From assembly GCF_009914755.1 (NCBI RefSeq), contig NC_060939.1: a stretch of 64,000 nucleotides of DNA; one strand, given 5' to 3'. Shown in pieces: positions 1 through 14,769 of this stretch (its first letter is position 1; the number at the start of each line of letters is the position of its first letter). Position numbers and translations under genes: made by a program. The notes under the pieces were generated by a model. It searched no databases. It saw nothing but the letters and a program-made list of their open reading frames with translations, and was not told the origin of the DNA. The stretch comes from the human T2T-CHM13v2.0 reference genome, Homo sapiens.

Positions 1-397
1 CTACTGTAGAGGTATTTATGAGGCACAAATGAAATAATAGATGTAAAAGTGTTGAGTAAAGAGGTTTCATATAAATATGAGATTACAAAGACTCATATGA
101 AAGAATATGGATCATTCCTTTTCCTTTTTTCTTCTAATTTTGAAACCACAATTTAACACTTCAAAGATGATACCTTGGTAGTATTTCTTAAGTGGTGTTA
201 AGAATTCTTTTTAGAACAAAATTAACTAACTCTTCGAAGTGATTTAAATCAGACATACCTTGTTTGGACTCTTGAGCAAATAATGTCATAAGAAGGTTCT
301 GGTTTCTGGTTCTACTCAGTGAAGGGAATTGGCAATGTCAACTCATGTTCTACTCTCGATTACAAAAATAAAAAAGAGTATAGAAATTCCGGTTCAG

Positions 398-2813
<2,416 letters not shown>

Positions 2814-2929
2814 AGAAATTCTGGTTCAGCAATGAAAATTAAGCTACCCCTATATTTGTAGCATTATTGTCCTTTAATATTTGCCCCAAACTCACCAAAA
2901 ATATTCATTCCCAATTCTGGTAAGTGTGT

Positions 2930-3540
2930 GGTCGAACTAGCACATTTATTCATTGTTGATAGAAATGTAAATTGATAAAATTCTTCTAGAAAGCAATTTA
3001 GAAATATCTATAAGATGGTTTAAAGGTATTTATATCTTTTGGTACCATAACTATTTTGAGAAATTATCCTAAGGAAATAGTCCAAAATATAGAAAAAACT
3101 ATATATTAAAAATGATTATTTCAGGAATTTAAAAATTTTAACTATTATATTATTAATTCATATATTTCTAATAATATATTTTATAATATATATTTCTAAT
3201 AATATACTAAAGCTTCAGTAAATTTAAGGAGTATATTTGGTGGAATATTATGCAGCCACAAAAGTCAGGATTATGAAAGCTACACAGCCACCTGGAGAAA
3301 TGTTTATGAGATATATATACCCTATATATATATATATATATATATATCTCATTATATATTATATACCAAATAATATATAATGATATATATATCATTTGAT
3401 TTATAAATGTTTGATATGTATTTATATATCAAATGATTATATAAATATATCAAATGATATATCATTATCAAATTGTATATACACTATTATTACTGATTTT
3501 AAAATGCTTAAATTTTTAAAAAGTTTAAATAATCATGACC
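2930..3540 (+). mobile_element. Old L1M(E)-type 3' fragments interrupted by AT-rich sequence
   Basis: Degenerate L1M motifs (aaatgtaaattg...gaaagcaatt; tggaatattatgcagcca); boundaries approximate. Confidence 0.5.
3140..3482. repeat. AT-rich low complexity with (TA)n microsatellite
   Basis: Pure (TA)n at ~3323-3346 with degenerate TA-rich flanks. Confidence 0.85.
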
Positions 3541-3653
3541 AAACACATCCTGTTTAAATGGTAAAATAATGGAAAAATTACTTTTCCACAGGTGCCTGGG
3601 GATTGGCCAATTGGTTAACTGCATGCTGTGTTTAAACTTTAGGAAAAGGATAT

Positions 3654-3888
3654 AAAGAAAAACCATGAAGGGGAAGGGAAAATCACCTTCAACCAGATGT
3701 TGAGCTTCTTCAAATTGAGACATTGCTCTCACTTTTAAAATACTCCCTGCATGGGTATACATGTGCCGTGGTGGTTTGCTCGTATATCTATGCAGGGAGT
3801 ATTTTAAAAGTGAGAGCAATGTCTCAATTTAAAGAAGCTCAACATCTGGTTGAAGGTGATTTTCCCTTCCCCTTCATGGTTTATCTTT
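3654..3888. repeat. Long inverted repeat: 107-bp arms (3654-3760 / 3782-3888), 21-nt loop
   Basis: Manual pairing gives 103/107 complementary positions; it explains the near-identical ORFs 3508-3819(-) and 3723-4112(+). Confidence 0.95.
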
Positions 3889-4113
3889 CTATACATGTAT
3901 CCCAGAACTTAAAGTATAATAAAAGAAAGATATATGAAAAAAAAGAGGCTTCATGCCGTAGTGTTTGTCTCTTGCCCTTCCAGCTTCTGCCATGTCCACC
4001 ATGTGAGGACACAGCTAGAAGATCCTCACCAGACACCAAATGCCAGTGCCTTAATTTTGGACTTCCCAGACCCTCCAGAACTGTGAAAAATAAATTTCTT
4101 TTCTTTACTTAAA
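3752..4113 (+). mobile_element. Composite L1-mediated insertion (inverted L1 bit, fold-back target copy, L1PA7/8-like 3' tip, transduced MaLR fragment)
   Basis: 15-bp TSD aaaatactccctgca at 3737-3751 and 4114-4128, preceded by TTTT (L1 endonuclease TT/AAAA site); L1 3' end acatgtatcccagaacttaaagtataat at ~3893-3920. Confidence 0.85.
3945..4110 (+). mobile_element. MaLR (MST/MLT1A-type) LTR fragment ending just after its poly(A) signal
   Basis: ccatgtgaggacacag...cctcaccagacaccaaatgcc...ggacttcccag...ctccagaactgtga, AATAAA at 4089-4094; U5 part missing. Confidence 0.85.
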
Positions 4114-4325
4114 AAAATACTCCCTGCAGAGCTTAACTCGTATCTTGGCACATATTAAACAGAAGCATGATTATCAAATGCACAGACTATTGGTCTTTGG
4201 CTCTAGTTCCAGTTCTGAGGCTCTTTCTGATTCTTACTGCAAGATTGAACACTAATAAGGAAGCAGACGGGCCTCCTTTTAAGAGTATCTCATACTACAG
4301 GGGAGTTGGGCAGATATCTCTAGCT

Positions 4326-4532
4326 CAGGTGCTACCAAACTTTTCCTATAAAAGGCCAGATAGTAAATATTTTAAACTTTGCAGATCATGTGATTTCCAT
4401 TGCAGCTACTCAGTGTTGACATAGTAGAGTGAACATAGCCATAGACAATTCATAAATGAGTAAGCATGGCTGTGTTCCAATAAAATTTTATTTACCAAAA
4501 CCAAAGGATGGGCCATAGCTTGTGGATCCTTG
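4326..4532. mobile_element. MER58A (hAT-Charlie MITE)
   Basis: aaaggccagatagtaaatatttt...agccatagacaat...ggctgtgttccaataaaa matches the recalled consensus. Confidence 0.85.
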
Positions 4533-4687
4533 ATAAAGCTAATGTTTTCGTCTTCATGTGATTTTGATGCTCCCATTTGTCATAAATGCTCAGTTAGTTC
4601 CAGGATTTCCTTATCTCTTTAAACAGCTTCTATTTCCACCGGGCAGTAAACCCATTTAGTTTCATATCCTCAATATGTCCTCTGGAG

Positions 4688-4851
4688 CCTTGCTTTTGAA
4701 AGTACAGTCGACTGACTTGCAACATTGGCATCATCCAGAAGCTGGTTAGAAATAAGAATTTGGGGTCTACCCCAGATCTGCTAAATCAGAATCTGCATTT
4801 TAGCAAAGTTTGAGGTGATTCATATGCACAGCACAGTCTGAGAGGCACCAC
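4688..4851. mobile_element. MER5A1/MER5B-like hAT MITE
   Basis: ggcatca...ttagaaa...aatcagaatctgcatttt...ggtgattcatatgcaca...tgagaggcac. Confidence 0.75.
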
Positions 4852-4939
4852 TCTAGAGGAAAAAAAATCACAGTTGTCCCTGTAGAGCTGCCTATAACAC
4901 TATGATACTATGTGGTTCTTTAAAGAAATTAGGGGAGCA

Positions 4940-5239
<300 letters not shown>

Positions 5240-5628
5240 TTTAGGGGAGCAAATCAGTGTGTTATCACCTGGTCTCCCTCCTGGATGACTCCTCAATGCC
5301 TCTTTGCCTCTGTTAAGGTTGGCCAAGGGACTACTGACAGATGACAGCGTTAGGGCTTTTCCTTTCTTCCCCACTATAGGGTCCATCCTTCCATCTAGTC
5401 AGGGTTTAAACTCAGCTAAATAACAGTACTTTCACATTTCTCTTTACATGGCTCTCCTATAAGGCACTGGGTCCCCAAAGTAATCTAAGAACCTAGAGTA
5501 TCCAATAATTCCATGAGGCAAAGGTACAAATCCACTAGCCACAATCCTGTTCGTGAGGCCATTAGGTAGTTTTTAGAGAGATGTACTACAGCTTACTATG
5601 CTCGCGCCCAGACTGTGAGTAGAGACAT

Positions 5629-5711
5629 ATTAGGTTGAACCACATAAAAACAGCATCTTGGTAGGTCAATAATTAGTTGGACATCATTCATTTCACGTGG
5701 TTCAACCTAAT
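5629..5711. mobile_element. MADE2-like mariner MITE
   Basis: Perfect 15-bp TIR attaggttgaaccac (5629-5643) / gtggttcaacctaat (5697-5711); ~80 bp long. Confidence 0.85.
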
Positions 5712-5759
5712 GATAATACAAATAACTCACATTATGGCTTAACTGCTGTCATTTGTTCT

Positions 5760-5965
5760 TACTTACTATTTGCCTTGTTGGGCAAATTTCACATACCATT
5801 ATTCTAGCTAGCTCTCAAAATGACCATGTAAAATAAATGTTTGTGTTTCCTATGTTACAGATGGAGAAATAGAAGCTCATAGAAATTGCATACATGACCC
5901 AAGATTAAGCTGCAAACTGAGGTTTCAGTTTCAGAATCTAGGTTCATTCCATTGAATCACACTGC
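5760..5965 (-). mobile_element. MIR
   Basis: Core tgttacagatggagaaatagaagctca...gacccaagat; approximate. Confidence 0.65.
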
Positions 5966-6203
5966 TTTTCTAAATATCACTTTTTAAAGTTCAAGTCCAA
6001 ACTCTAGGCCTATAAAAACAATCATGGCTTACATTTGAGCCAGATATTGAGGAAGGCAAAAGCACCTTAGGTATTCTGTGTCCCTGGCTCCCCCTTTCCC
6101 CCTGACATCTGTCTAGGTTACCAGTGCCATCATGTTGCTTAGGGGCGTCCACTAAAGAGGCTTGTTGATCCCTGAACCTCCTTTGCTCTAGACCATTGGC
6201 TCT

Positions 6204-6390
6204 CGGTGGTTTACAACCCTTAGGATGCATCAGAATCATCTGGAGGACTTGTTAAACACAGATTGTTGACTTCAATCTCTAGAATTTCTAATTCAGTAGG
6301 TTTGGAGCTAGGCCCAATAATTTGCATTTCTACTACTTCTCAGGTGTACTGGTGCTTCTGGCCCAGGTGACCATAGTTTGAGAACCACTG
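6204..6390. mobile_element. MER5A (hAT-Charlie)
   Basis: gcatcagaatcatctggaggacttgttaaa...attcagtagg...tttgcatttcta...tttgagaaccactg. Confidence 0.85.
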
Positions 6391-8469
6391 TTCTAGACCT
6401 TGACCTTTCAATCTTCTAGCCCCTTGTTGGAGTTAGGCTCCCCTGGACCTCTGACCCTCCCATTCTTGTTCACTGCTAAACAAATGTGAGTAGCTATTCT
6501 GACTTGATAAATTCATGGGATGATAATGATAGGTAATAGTAGAGTGCTTGCTAGATGCCAAGAACATTTGGCACACATTTAGATACATACAAATGCTGTG
6601 TTGTTTCATATGCAACCCACTGCGAGAGTAGATTATACCCCACTCAGGGGTGCAATTCTTATGTCGGAGGTGCCCTGGTTATGTTTTTCACTTTTTGGTG
6701 GGAAGGTCTTAAGTTTTCCTTAATCTTTATCTTGAGTCCCCTTCCAGTGTTCAACATTCTTTCTCTTGCTGCCCTGGCTTTACTCATGGAGGTCCTCAGG
6801 ATAGTGTTTGAGCAGGGGGCTGAATGAAAAGAAAACAATGGTCTGCATACACAATAAGTTAAATGTGTGTACAGTGACCGAAAGTCTTGCACTATGTGAG
6901 TAACTTGGAGTCCTCCAATGGGTAATGTCTGCACTCATGCATCACCAGAGAGAGGCTAAGTATTTTCTGTTTCTGTCCCCTGGGGCCTTTGGAGTGGTTA
7001 TCTGCCATATGCCTCTCTCCTAGATCCTTCTCCCTTGGAACTCTCTCTTGATTTCTTACAAGTGGGAGATCTTCAAGTTGGTGACACTTAACTTGGACAG
7101 CCCTCATCTCAGTACCTCTAGAAATTCCTGATCACACCCTTGGCTTTAGCCTGTCCACTCCTCCTTTTTGCTGCTTTGATGCCGTAAGCTTGTGTCTTAT
7201 GTAGGCTTCTATGCCTCTGCACAATAGATACAAATCCTGCCAAAGCGTGATTTTTTTTCTCTAGTTTCTTGATTCTCAGGTATATCTGTACATCATACCT
7301 TCAAACCACATTTTGTGTCCTAGGATGGCAAAAGTTTTCATTCACTCAACACACATGTGTTGAATGACTTTTAGATGCCAGACACTGTGTTAAGAATTGG
7401 GAGGGCAGATGTATTCAACATGCAATATTTGCCCTAAATAACATCTTGTATTTTATGAAAATCCTGAGTATACTGACACTGAATATCAGGCCATTGAAAA
7501 CACTTGGATGTTTTTGGTATGTGATAAAAAGAGAAGCTAAATGACTACACTTATTACTGTCCGACTCAAGGTAGCCCCACCCATAAATGAAGTAGGAATG
7601 CCTTAGGTGGCATGTTTTTAGGGACTCCTTCCTCAAGGTTGCACAGATTCTTCCATTCTTTGCTGCTTTGGTTGTGGTAAGGGTAATATAAATATAAGAG
7701 GATTTGTCTCATATTAATTCAGATTCTGTTCTTCATTTTAGCTATCCAAAGGAATAGGATATAGGTCAAAATAGCTTTTATGTGGGAGAGAAGGTTGAGG
7801 AGTTGGTATCTTGAGACTCGGGTGCACGAATCATGGCTCAAGGGGCCAAGAATAACAAGGAGTTTCCTGAAGATTCCTAGCCAGCCAGGAATTATCTTGG
7901 GAGTGTTGGGTGTCTGGCAGCAGATGGGAATGAAGATATAGATGATCAAAACTCTAGAGTTAAACTTCAGTTACGCAAATGTTAACAAGATAGTTTTCTT
8001 TAAGGGCATGAAATTAGTCTTATTCACCAGGTCCAATTGCATATGTTGTCCCCTCCCCTTTGGCTGAGGACTCTCATTCAGTATTTCAAATCTAGTTTCA
8101 AATAAGCATTCCAAAGTCTTAGTGTAGCTCCAGATGAGTAGCCTCTAAACCAGAAATTAAGAGTCTGAGAAATCTAGCTATGAGCTGAGAGGTTGGCAAT
8201 TGGGTTTATAATTATCAACATTCTCAAATATCTTTTTAAACATAATGGCAAAAGGCTCAAATCATAAAAGTAATGATTGACAGGTCACATTGTGTAAAAC
8301 AGTTTTTTAAGGCATTCAAAATGCCATAAAGACAATTTTAAATGCAAACAAGCTGGGGATTTTTTTTTTTTGCAAAATGTATGGTAAAAATTTTATATTA
8401 CATATTTAATAATAAACACAGAGCTCTTTCAAATGAATAAAAAACTCAGTACCCCAACACAAAAAAGGT

Positions 8470-9228
8470 ATATTAATTAGGGTAATGCTCACAATTGAAA
8501 GAGCAAAATCTCAGTAATTTATTACAATAGACATTCTTTCTCACTCATAAAGTCTAACATAAATACTATGGTGTGAATGTTTGTGTCCCTCCAAAATTCA
8601 TGTTAAAATTTAATCCCCAAATAGGTTGGGCCTTTGGGAGCTAACTAAGTCATGAGGGCAGAGCCCTTGTGAACAGGATTAGTGCCCTTATAAAGGTGAC
8701 TCGAGGGAGCTTGTTAGCTCCTGCCCCTTTGCCATGTGAGAACACATAGCAGGCTCCATCTGTGAGGAGCAAGCCCTCATCAGATACCGAATCTGCACCT
8801 TGATCTTGGGCTTCTCAGCTTCCAGAACAGTGAGCAATAAATATCTGTTGTTTACCTAGTCTAAGGTATTTTGTTATAGCAGCACAAATAGACTAGGACA
8901 ATAAGTAAGTGTTCATTGTTGGCAGGGGACTTTTGTCCCTGTAAAGATTTAGAGTCCCAACTTTTTCCAATTACGGCTCTACCATTTTCAACATGCGGCC
9001 TCCAAGATGATTGGATTCCACTTTATGGGCTGATAGAAGAGAAAAAATCTGGGACTGTGCATGGGAGATTTTTACAGGCCAGTAGCTCATGTCATGTCCT
9101 ATTGCATAGAACTGAGTCCCAGTCACGTGGAAGTGCATAAGTGCAAAGGAAGATGAGAAATATTGTACAGCTCTGTGTCCAGGAAGAAGAAGAAATGGTC
9201 GGTTAATAACTTTCTATTCTCTGCTGCA
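8470..9228 (-). mobile_element. MLT1J/K-like MaLR LTR, split by a younger LTR at 8564-8900
   Basis: aaatctcagt...tctttctcactca on the left; cagtcacgtgg...tgcaaagga...ctgtgtccaggaagaaga on the right. Confidence 0.65.
8564..8900 (+). mobile_element. MLT1A0/MSTD-like solo LTR
   Basis: tactatgg..tgaatgtttgtgtccctccaaaattcatgtt ... gactaggaca; 5-bp TSD ataaa/ataag. Confidence 0.88.
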
Positions 9229-11599
9229 GCAGGTTGCCAAATTTCACGCATTCTAGAAACCAAATATTTATATATCCACTTATAAACACCTGAAGCGCTA
9301 TGAGTCTTTATCTAAACTGAGACCCTAAGATAATAGATGTGAGAGCATCACAGGGGAGACGAAAGGTGTTCACAAAACAGTCTTGTGACTGAACCGCTCA
9401 TTGACTGAAAGAATATAAAAAGAATATGAAGTTACAGATGGGAAGAGGATTTATTTAGAGAGAGAGAGTTATTGGTGTTCTATGAGTTCCATACTTCTCC
9501 TCTTTTTTAAGCCTTGGAAAGATATTTCAATGAGATCACTTGGAGAACTTAATATATGTCTTATGGCTGAGAAGTCTAAAGAGAGAGAAGCTGAGGTAAA
9601 TAGCTGAAAGAAGGGAATTAGAGGTTGCGGTTTGGGAAGTAACTTCACTCTTGTCATGGATAGGAGGTTTGTGTTTTGTGCAGGCCAGACTTGAGAACCA
9701 CATGCCAGGAGAGTTGGTGAGCAGTTGCTTCAAATCCTGACCAACAGGGGCCACTTGGAGAGACGTGGAAACCTCAGCAGAGCAAGCTGGAGATGTACTG
9801 CCAGATGCTTAGAGGCTCAGAAAAGCAACCATCCAAAAGGAACATATCTACTTGTGTCAAGAGAATTACAAGTGAGAAATTCTCAGAAATGGGATGGGGA
9901 ATCTCCAAAGAACCCCCTAAAATGCTCCAGGAGAGAAAACATGAGTTAAGTACTTGTTAGGTCCAGATAGTATTGAGGCCAACTCATGACAGCATCAGTC
10001 AAGTCAGAACTCTCTTGTGTCCCTTTCTTTTTCTCCGTCCCCATCTTCCAGTTCCATAGCATCAGAAAGCAAGTGGGCAAGACAGAGGAGAAGAAGAAGG
10101 GCTGGGTGAAGAAAGAAGGAGCCCTCCTTTCTCACTGCAGGAAGCTGCCATGCATGGGCCCATGGTGGAGGGCGGGGAAGGTGGCAGGGGCTGGGGAGCT
10201 TTACCTGTAAGTAAAGATTGGAGCTTAGATTACTACTCTGGGCTGGACATTAACTACTGAACCAAACTGTTTTATGAACAAAAGTGACTGAAGAACTTGT
10301 ATCTGAAGTGACCAGGTTTTCATCCAAGTGGAGGATGGAGGAGTTTTGATGTACAATACAAGACTGCATATGTGATTTCCATATAACCATTTCACCCACA
10401 CGTGTACACAGTTCAGAAAAGATAAAGATAATCTGCTAGCAAGCATACTGCCTGGATGGTGGGATTATAGCCAAGTTAGTTTTCTTTTTTTATGTATATA
10501 TATCTATGTATTGCAAAGTTCCCACAGTACACCCTGTATTTACCATACAATCAGTATGATGTACATACTGTACAGTGTGCAATAAATTATACATAATTGT
10601 AAAATATTCTGCCACATTCCATATTGCAAGATGACTATTTTCCTGATACCTAACATCAAAATCATCGAGTGTAAAAGCCCTAATTATTTGATTTATGAAC
10701 ATTACACTGGACATGAAATCCATTTTTAAGTGGCCATATTGGTATCAGTTCATGTTTTAAAGTGTCATGTTTACAGCAATTGAGTGATCATTTCACAGTG
10801 CAGCATCTCTACCCTTTTGCCCTCCAAACATCTGTCTGCTATTTCTGAATTTCTTCTTTCTCGGAGTCCTCATTAAAGTTATCTGTCTTAAAAGAGAAAA
10901 ACTTTGGCATCCATCTCAAATCCTACATCTTCAAAAAGGTTTCCATCATTGCTCTGTAAATCTCTTCCCCCTCCAGACTCCCACAGTGAAAGAATTTGGT
11001 CATATAGCTGAACAATTGAGGAAGTACTGTCTTATGTAGATAGATGGCTGGATGTTAGGCTTATTTTCTTAACTAGACGGAAGTTTCTTGATGCTAAAGT
11101 ATGCTTGTAGTCTTGCCAAATGCCTTGAGTCCCTAACAGCCTATTCCTACACATCTATTAGGTGCAGAGACAAAGTGTTTACTACATTAAATAAATTTAG
11201 GTAAGGGGACATGCCTTCTTCATTCATCTTGTCTGATAACCTCTGCGATCTTGAGGCACTCAGGAAGGTTTTTCTAGCCATGGTTATAAGACTATTATTG
11301 TTTTTCTGGTTTGTATTCTCTTGCCTTTTGGTTTCTTGCCTATCAGCACCTTTATCTGATGGCCTGCATTTGAAGGGTTTTGTTGATCCATATGCCAGGT
11401 GAGCTCCAGAAAAAGAGGAGGAATGAGAATAAATGTCAGCAAACACTTCAAACCACATACACTTGTTGTTTGACCTGGCTGTGAGTTTGGGAATGATTGG
11501 TAGACTATCTGCTTGTGCTATTTCCCAAAAAATAAATTATTTGAGGCATTATCTAATTTTATTATTATCCTTAGATACTTTTTATTAAGCTCCTTCTCT

Positions 11600-11786
11600 T
11601 TATATTTTATAAGGCACTTTATAAATATTATCTCAATTAATTCTCACAACACTGATAAAATATAGAATTATTTACCCTCATTTGCAGATGAGGAAACAGA
11701 GAGGTTAAATGACTTTTCTAGAGTCATTCATCAGCTAAATAGCAGTATTGAGATGTCAGTTCAGGTTTACTTGCATCTAATGCCAG
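11600..11786 (-). mobile_element. MIR
   Basis: catttgcagatgaggaaacagagaggttaaatgactt core. Confidence 0.8.
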
Positions 11787-12250
11787 CAAAGACTTAAATA
11801 CAAATGTTAATAGCAGCTTGTTTGTAATATCCCAAACTTGCAAACCATCTGAATGTCCATTGTCAGATGAATAGACAAATAAAATGTGGCATATCTATGT
11901 AATGGAATACTACCAGCCATAAAAAGATAGGAACTACTGATGCATACAACATGAATCGACCTTCAAAACATTATCCTGAGTGAAACAAGTCACTAACAAA
12001 AGACAACTTGTCTTATGATTTCATTTATATGAAACTTCAAGAGAAGACAGGTCTAGAGATGAAAATCTGGTCAACAATCACTTAGGACTCGGGATGTCAG
12101 TGAGGATTTAGTACAAATGAAAAACGGAATTTATGGGAGATGGAATTCTTCATACTGCAGTATAATGGTTGTACAGCTGTTTAATTCAGTAAAAATTATC
12201 AAACAAAAGGAGAACTGTATGGTATTTTGAGTTTAATAAAGCTCTTAAAA
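11787..12250 (+). mobile_element. Old L1 3' end (L1MB/L1ME-type)
   Basis: aaatgtggcatatctatgtaatggaatactac...aaaacattatcctgagtgaaa...ttatgatttcatttatatgaaa. Confidence 0.8.
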
Positions 12251-14594
12251 ATGAGTATACCCATTTTAAGTGTACAGATGAATATGCATCACTCCATTCA
12301 TGACACTGGACATTTCTACCACTTTCATAAGTTCCCGTGTACTCCTTTCCAGTCAATCCCCATTTGTCCTGTCCTCTGGTTTAGGCAGACACTGATAGAT
12401 GAGTTTGACTTATTCTACATTTTATATAAATGAATCATATAGTATTTTCTCTATTGTGTTTGGCTCTTATCACTCAGTATAATGTTTTTGAGAATTATCT
12501 GTATTGCTGCATATATCAGTAGTTCATTCCATACTCCATTGTATGAATATAAATTTGTTTATTCATTCACCTGTTGATGGAAATTTGTGCTGTTTTTAGT
12601 TTTTGACGATTATCAATAAAGATACTATGAACATTCATTTACAAGTCTAAGTAATACCTGTTGACTTTATTGATTTTCTCTATTAGTTGTTTCCTATTTC
12701 ACTTACTTGTGCTGCTAATTTATTTTCTTTCTTCTAATTTTGAGCATAATTTGCTTTTTATTTTCTAGCTTCTTAAGAAGGAAAATTAGATCATTGATTT
12801 TATACCTTTATTTAGTTCTAATATATCCATTTAACTTCTTAATTTTCCTCTAAGCATGCTACGGATTTTTATATATTATATTTTCATTATACTTTAGTTT
12901 GAAATTCTGCCTAATTTCCTTTATGTGATCTTCTTTAATCCATAGGGTATATAAAAGAGTGTTGCTTTGTTACCAAATATCGGGCGATTTGTAGATAGCT
13001 TATTGTTATTGACTTTTAATTTAATACTGTTATGATCAGAAAACATGTATTACAGTTTATATTCTTTGAAACACATTTAAATTTGTGTTATGGCCCAACA
13101 TGAAAAAGAATGTCTATTATACAGTTGTTGGATGTATTATTCTATAAATGTCATCTAGGTCAATTGGATGTTTCAGGTTGTCAAATCTTCTATAAACTTA
13201 CTGATTATTTAACTATTCTATTAATTATTGAGAATGAAATATTAAAATCTCCAACTGTAATTGAGGGTTGATCTATTTCTCTGGTCATATGAATTTTTGC
13301 TGTATGTATTTTGAAACACAGTATTAGTCATCAACACATTTAGGACTATTATACCTTCTCAAGGAACTGATCCTTTCCTCATTATGCTATTTCCCTTTTT
13401 ATTTATAATTAGTTCTCTTTATTTTGCCTTCTGTTGGCCTTACAGTTATGTAACCACTATAGCTTTTTGATGCATAGAATCTCTTCATTTTATATCCAAC
13501 CAGTCTATATGTTTGATTTTAAAGTGTATGTCATGTAAACAGCATCTATTTATATCTTGCCTTTTAATATAGTATGTAAATCTCTACCTTTTACTTGAAG
13601 CATGTGTTACATTTACATTTAATGTAATTATTAATAAGGTTAGGTAGAGACTGTCATCCTGGTATTTGTTTTCTACTTGTTCCTCCCATTTCTTTTTTAC
13701 TCTATTATGCCTTTTCTGCCATCTTTCAGTGAATTTAATTCCATTCTATTGGATACAAGTATTCCATTTTATCTTGTTTATTGACATTTTAGATATATTC
13801 CTTTGTGTTATTTTTAAATTATTGCTCTAGAGATTAAATATATATCTTTAATTTATTACAATGTACCTTCACATTATATGCCTTCCCAAACAATGTAAGA
13901 ATGTTAACTTAGTATAATTCATATTACCACTGTACTATCCTTTATGTTCTTATGTAGTTTACTTTCATCATGATATAAATTCTTATTTTTGTTTTAAAGT
14001 CAATAATCTTTTACAGATATTAAAATACACACATATAAATATAAATAGTAAAGATAATAAAAACATTTTATATTTACTCTTTCTGATGTTTTTCATTCTT
14101 TCCTGTAGATTTGAATTCCATATGGCATAATCTCCCATTCAGCATGATAAACTTCTTCTAGTACTTCTTGTAGTGTAGGTATGTTGGAGTGAATTATTTC
14201 ATCTTTTGTATATCTGGAAATGTCTTTATTTTGGCTTCAGTTTTGAAGAATGTGTTTGCAGAATATGAGCGTGTCAGCTGACAGGGCTTCTTTTTCTTTC
14301 AGAATTTTAAAGATGTCTTTATATTGTTTTATGCCCTATACTATTTCTGATGGGAAGTCAGCCATCATTGTACTCTGGTATGTAATATGCCTGTGTTTTT
14401 TTTCAACTTGGCTGCTATAATATAAAGATTTTCTTTTTAACTTTAGTGTATTTGAGTATGATGTATTTAGATTTGGTTTAATCTTTATCTTTTTTCTTGT
14501 GGCTTACAAACATTTTGAATATATGACTTGAAATCTTCTATCAGTTTTGGAAATTTTTAGCTCTTCAGCCATTATCTCTTCAAATATTTTTTCT
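12251..14594 (-). mobile_element. Old L1M fragments (3' end, then ORF region); host of the L1PA8 insertion
   Basis: T-rich degenerate antisense L1 motifs (ccattgtatgaata, aaatctccaactgtaattg, tctggaaatgtctttattttgg, tgggaagtcagccatc). Confidence 0.75.
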
Positions 14595-14769
14595 TTTTTT
14601 AAAATTTCGTCTTAAAAAAAAATGGGATACACGTGCAGAACGTGCAGGTTTGTTACATAGGTATATGTGTGCCATGGTGGTTTGCTGGACCTATTGACCT
14701 GTCCTCTAAGTTCCCTCCCCTCTCCCCCCACCTCCCAACAGTCTCTGGTGTGTGTTGTTTCCCTCTCTG

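Noticed and set aside
295-321. ggtttctggttct motif shared with 59198-59210
   Set aside because: Short and low-complexity; compatible with chance at 59 kb separation.
3508-4112. Two ORFs (103 and 129 aa) with near-identical sequence on opposite strands
   Set aside because: Artefact of the inverted repeat; TTG starts; they run through L1 and LTR fragments.
9300-10400. Possible ancient LTR; similarly unassigned old-repeat-like stretches at 29890-30290, 31200-31790, 39960-40110 and 41450-42860
   Set aside because: Could not be matched to a family with confidence by eye; needs a Dfam search.
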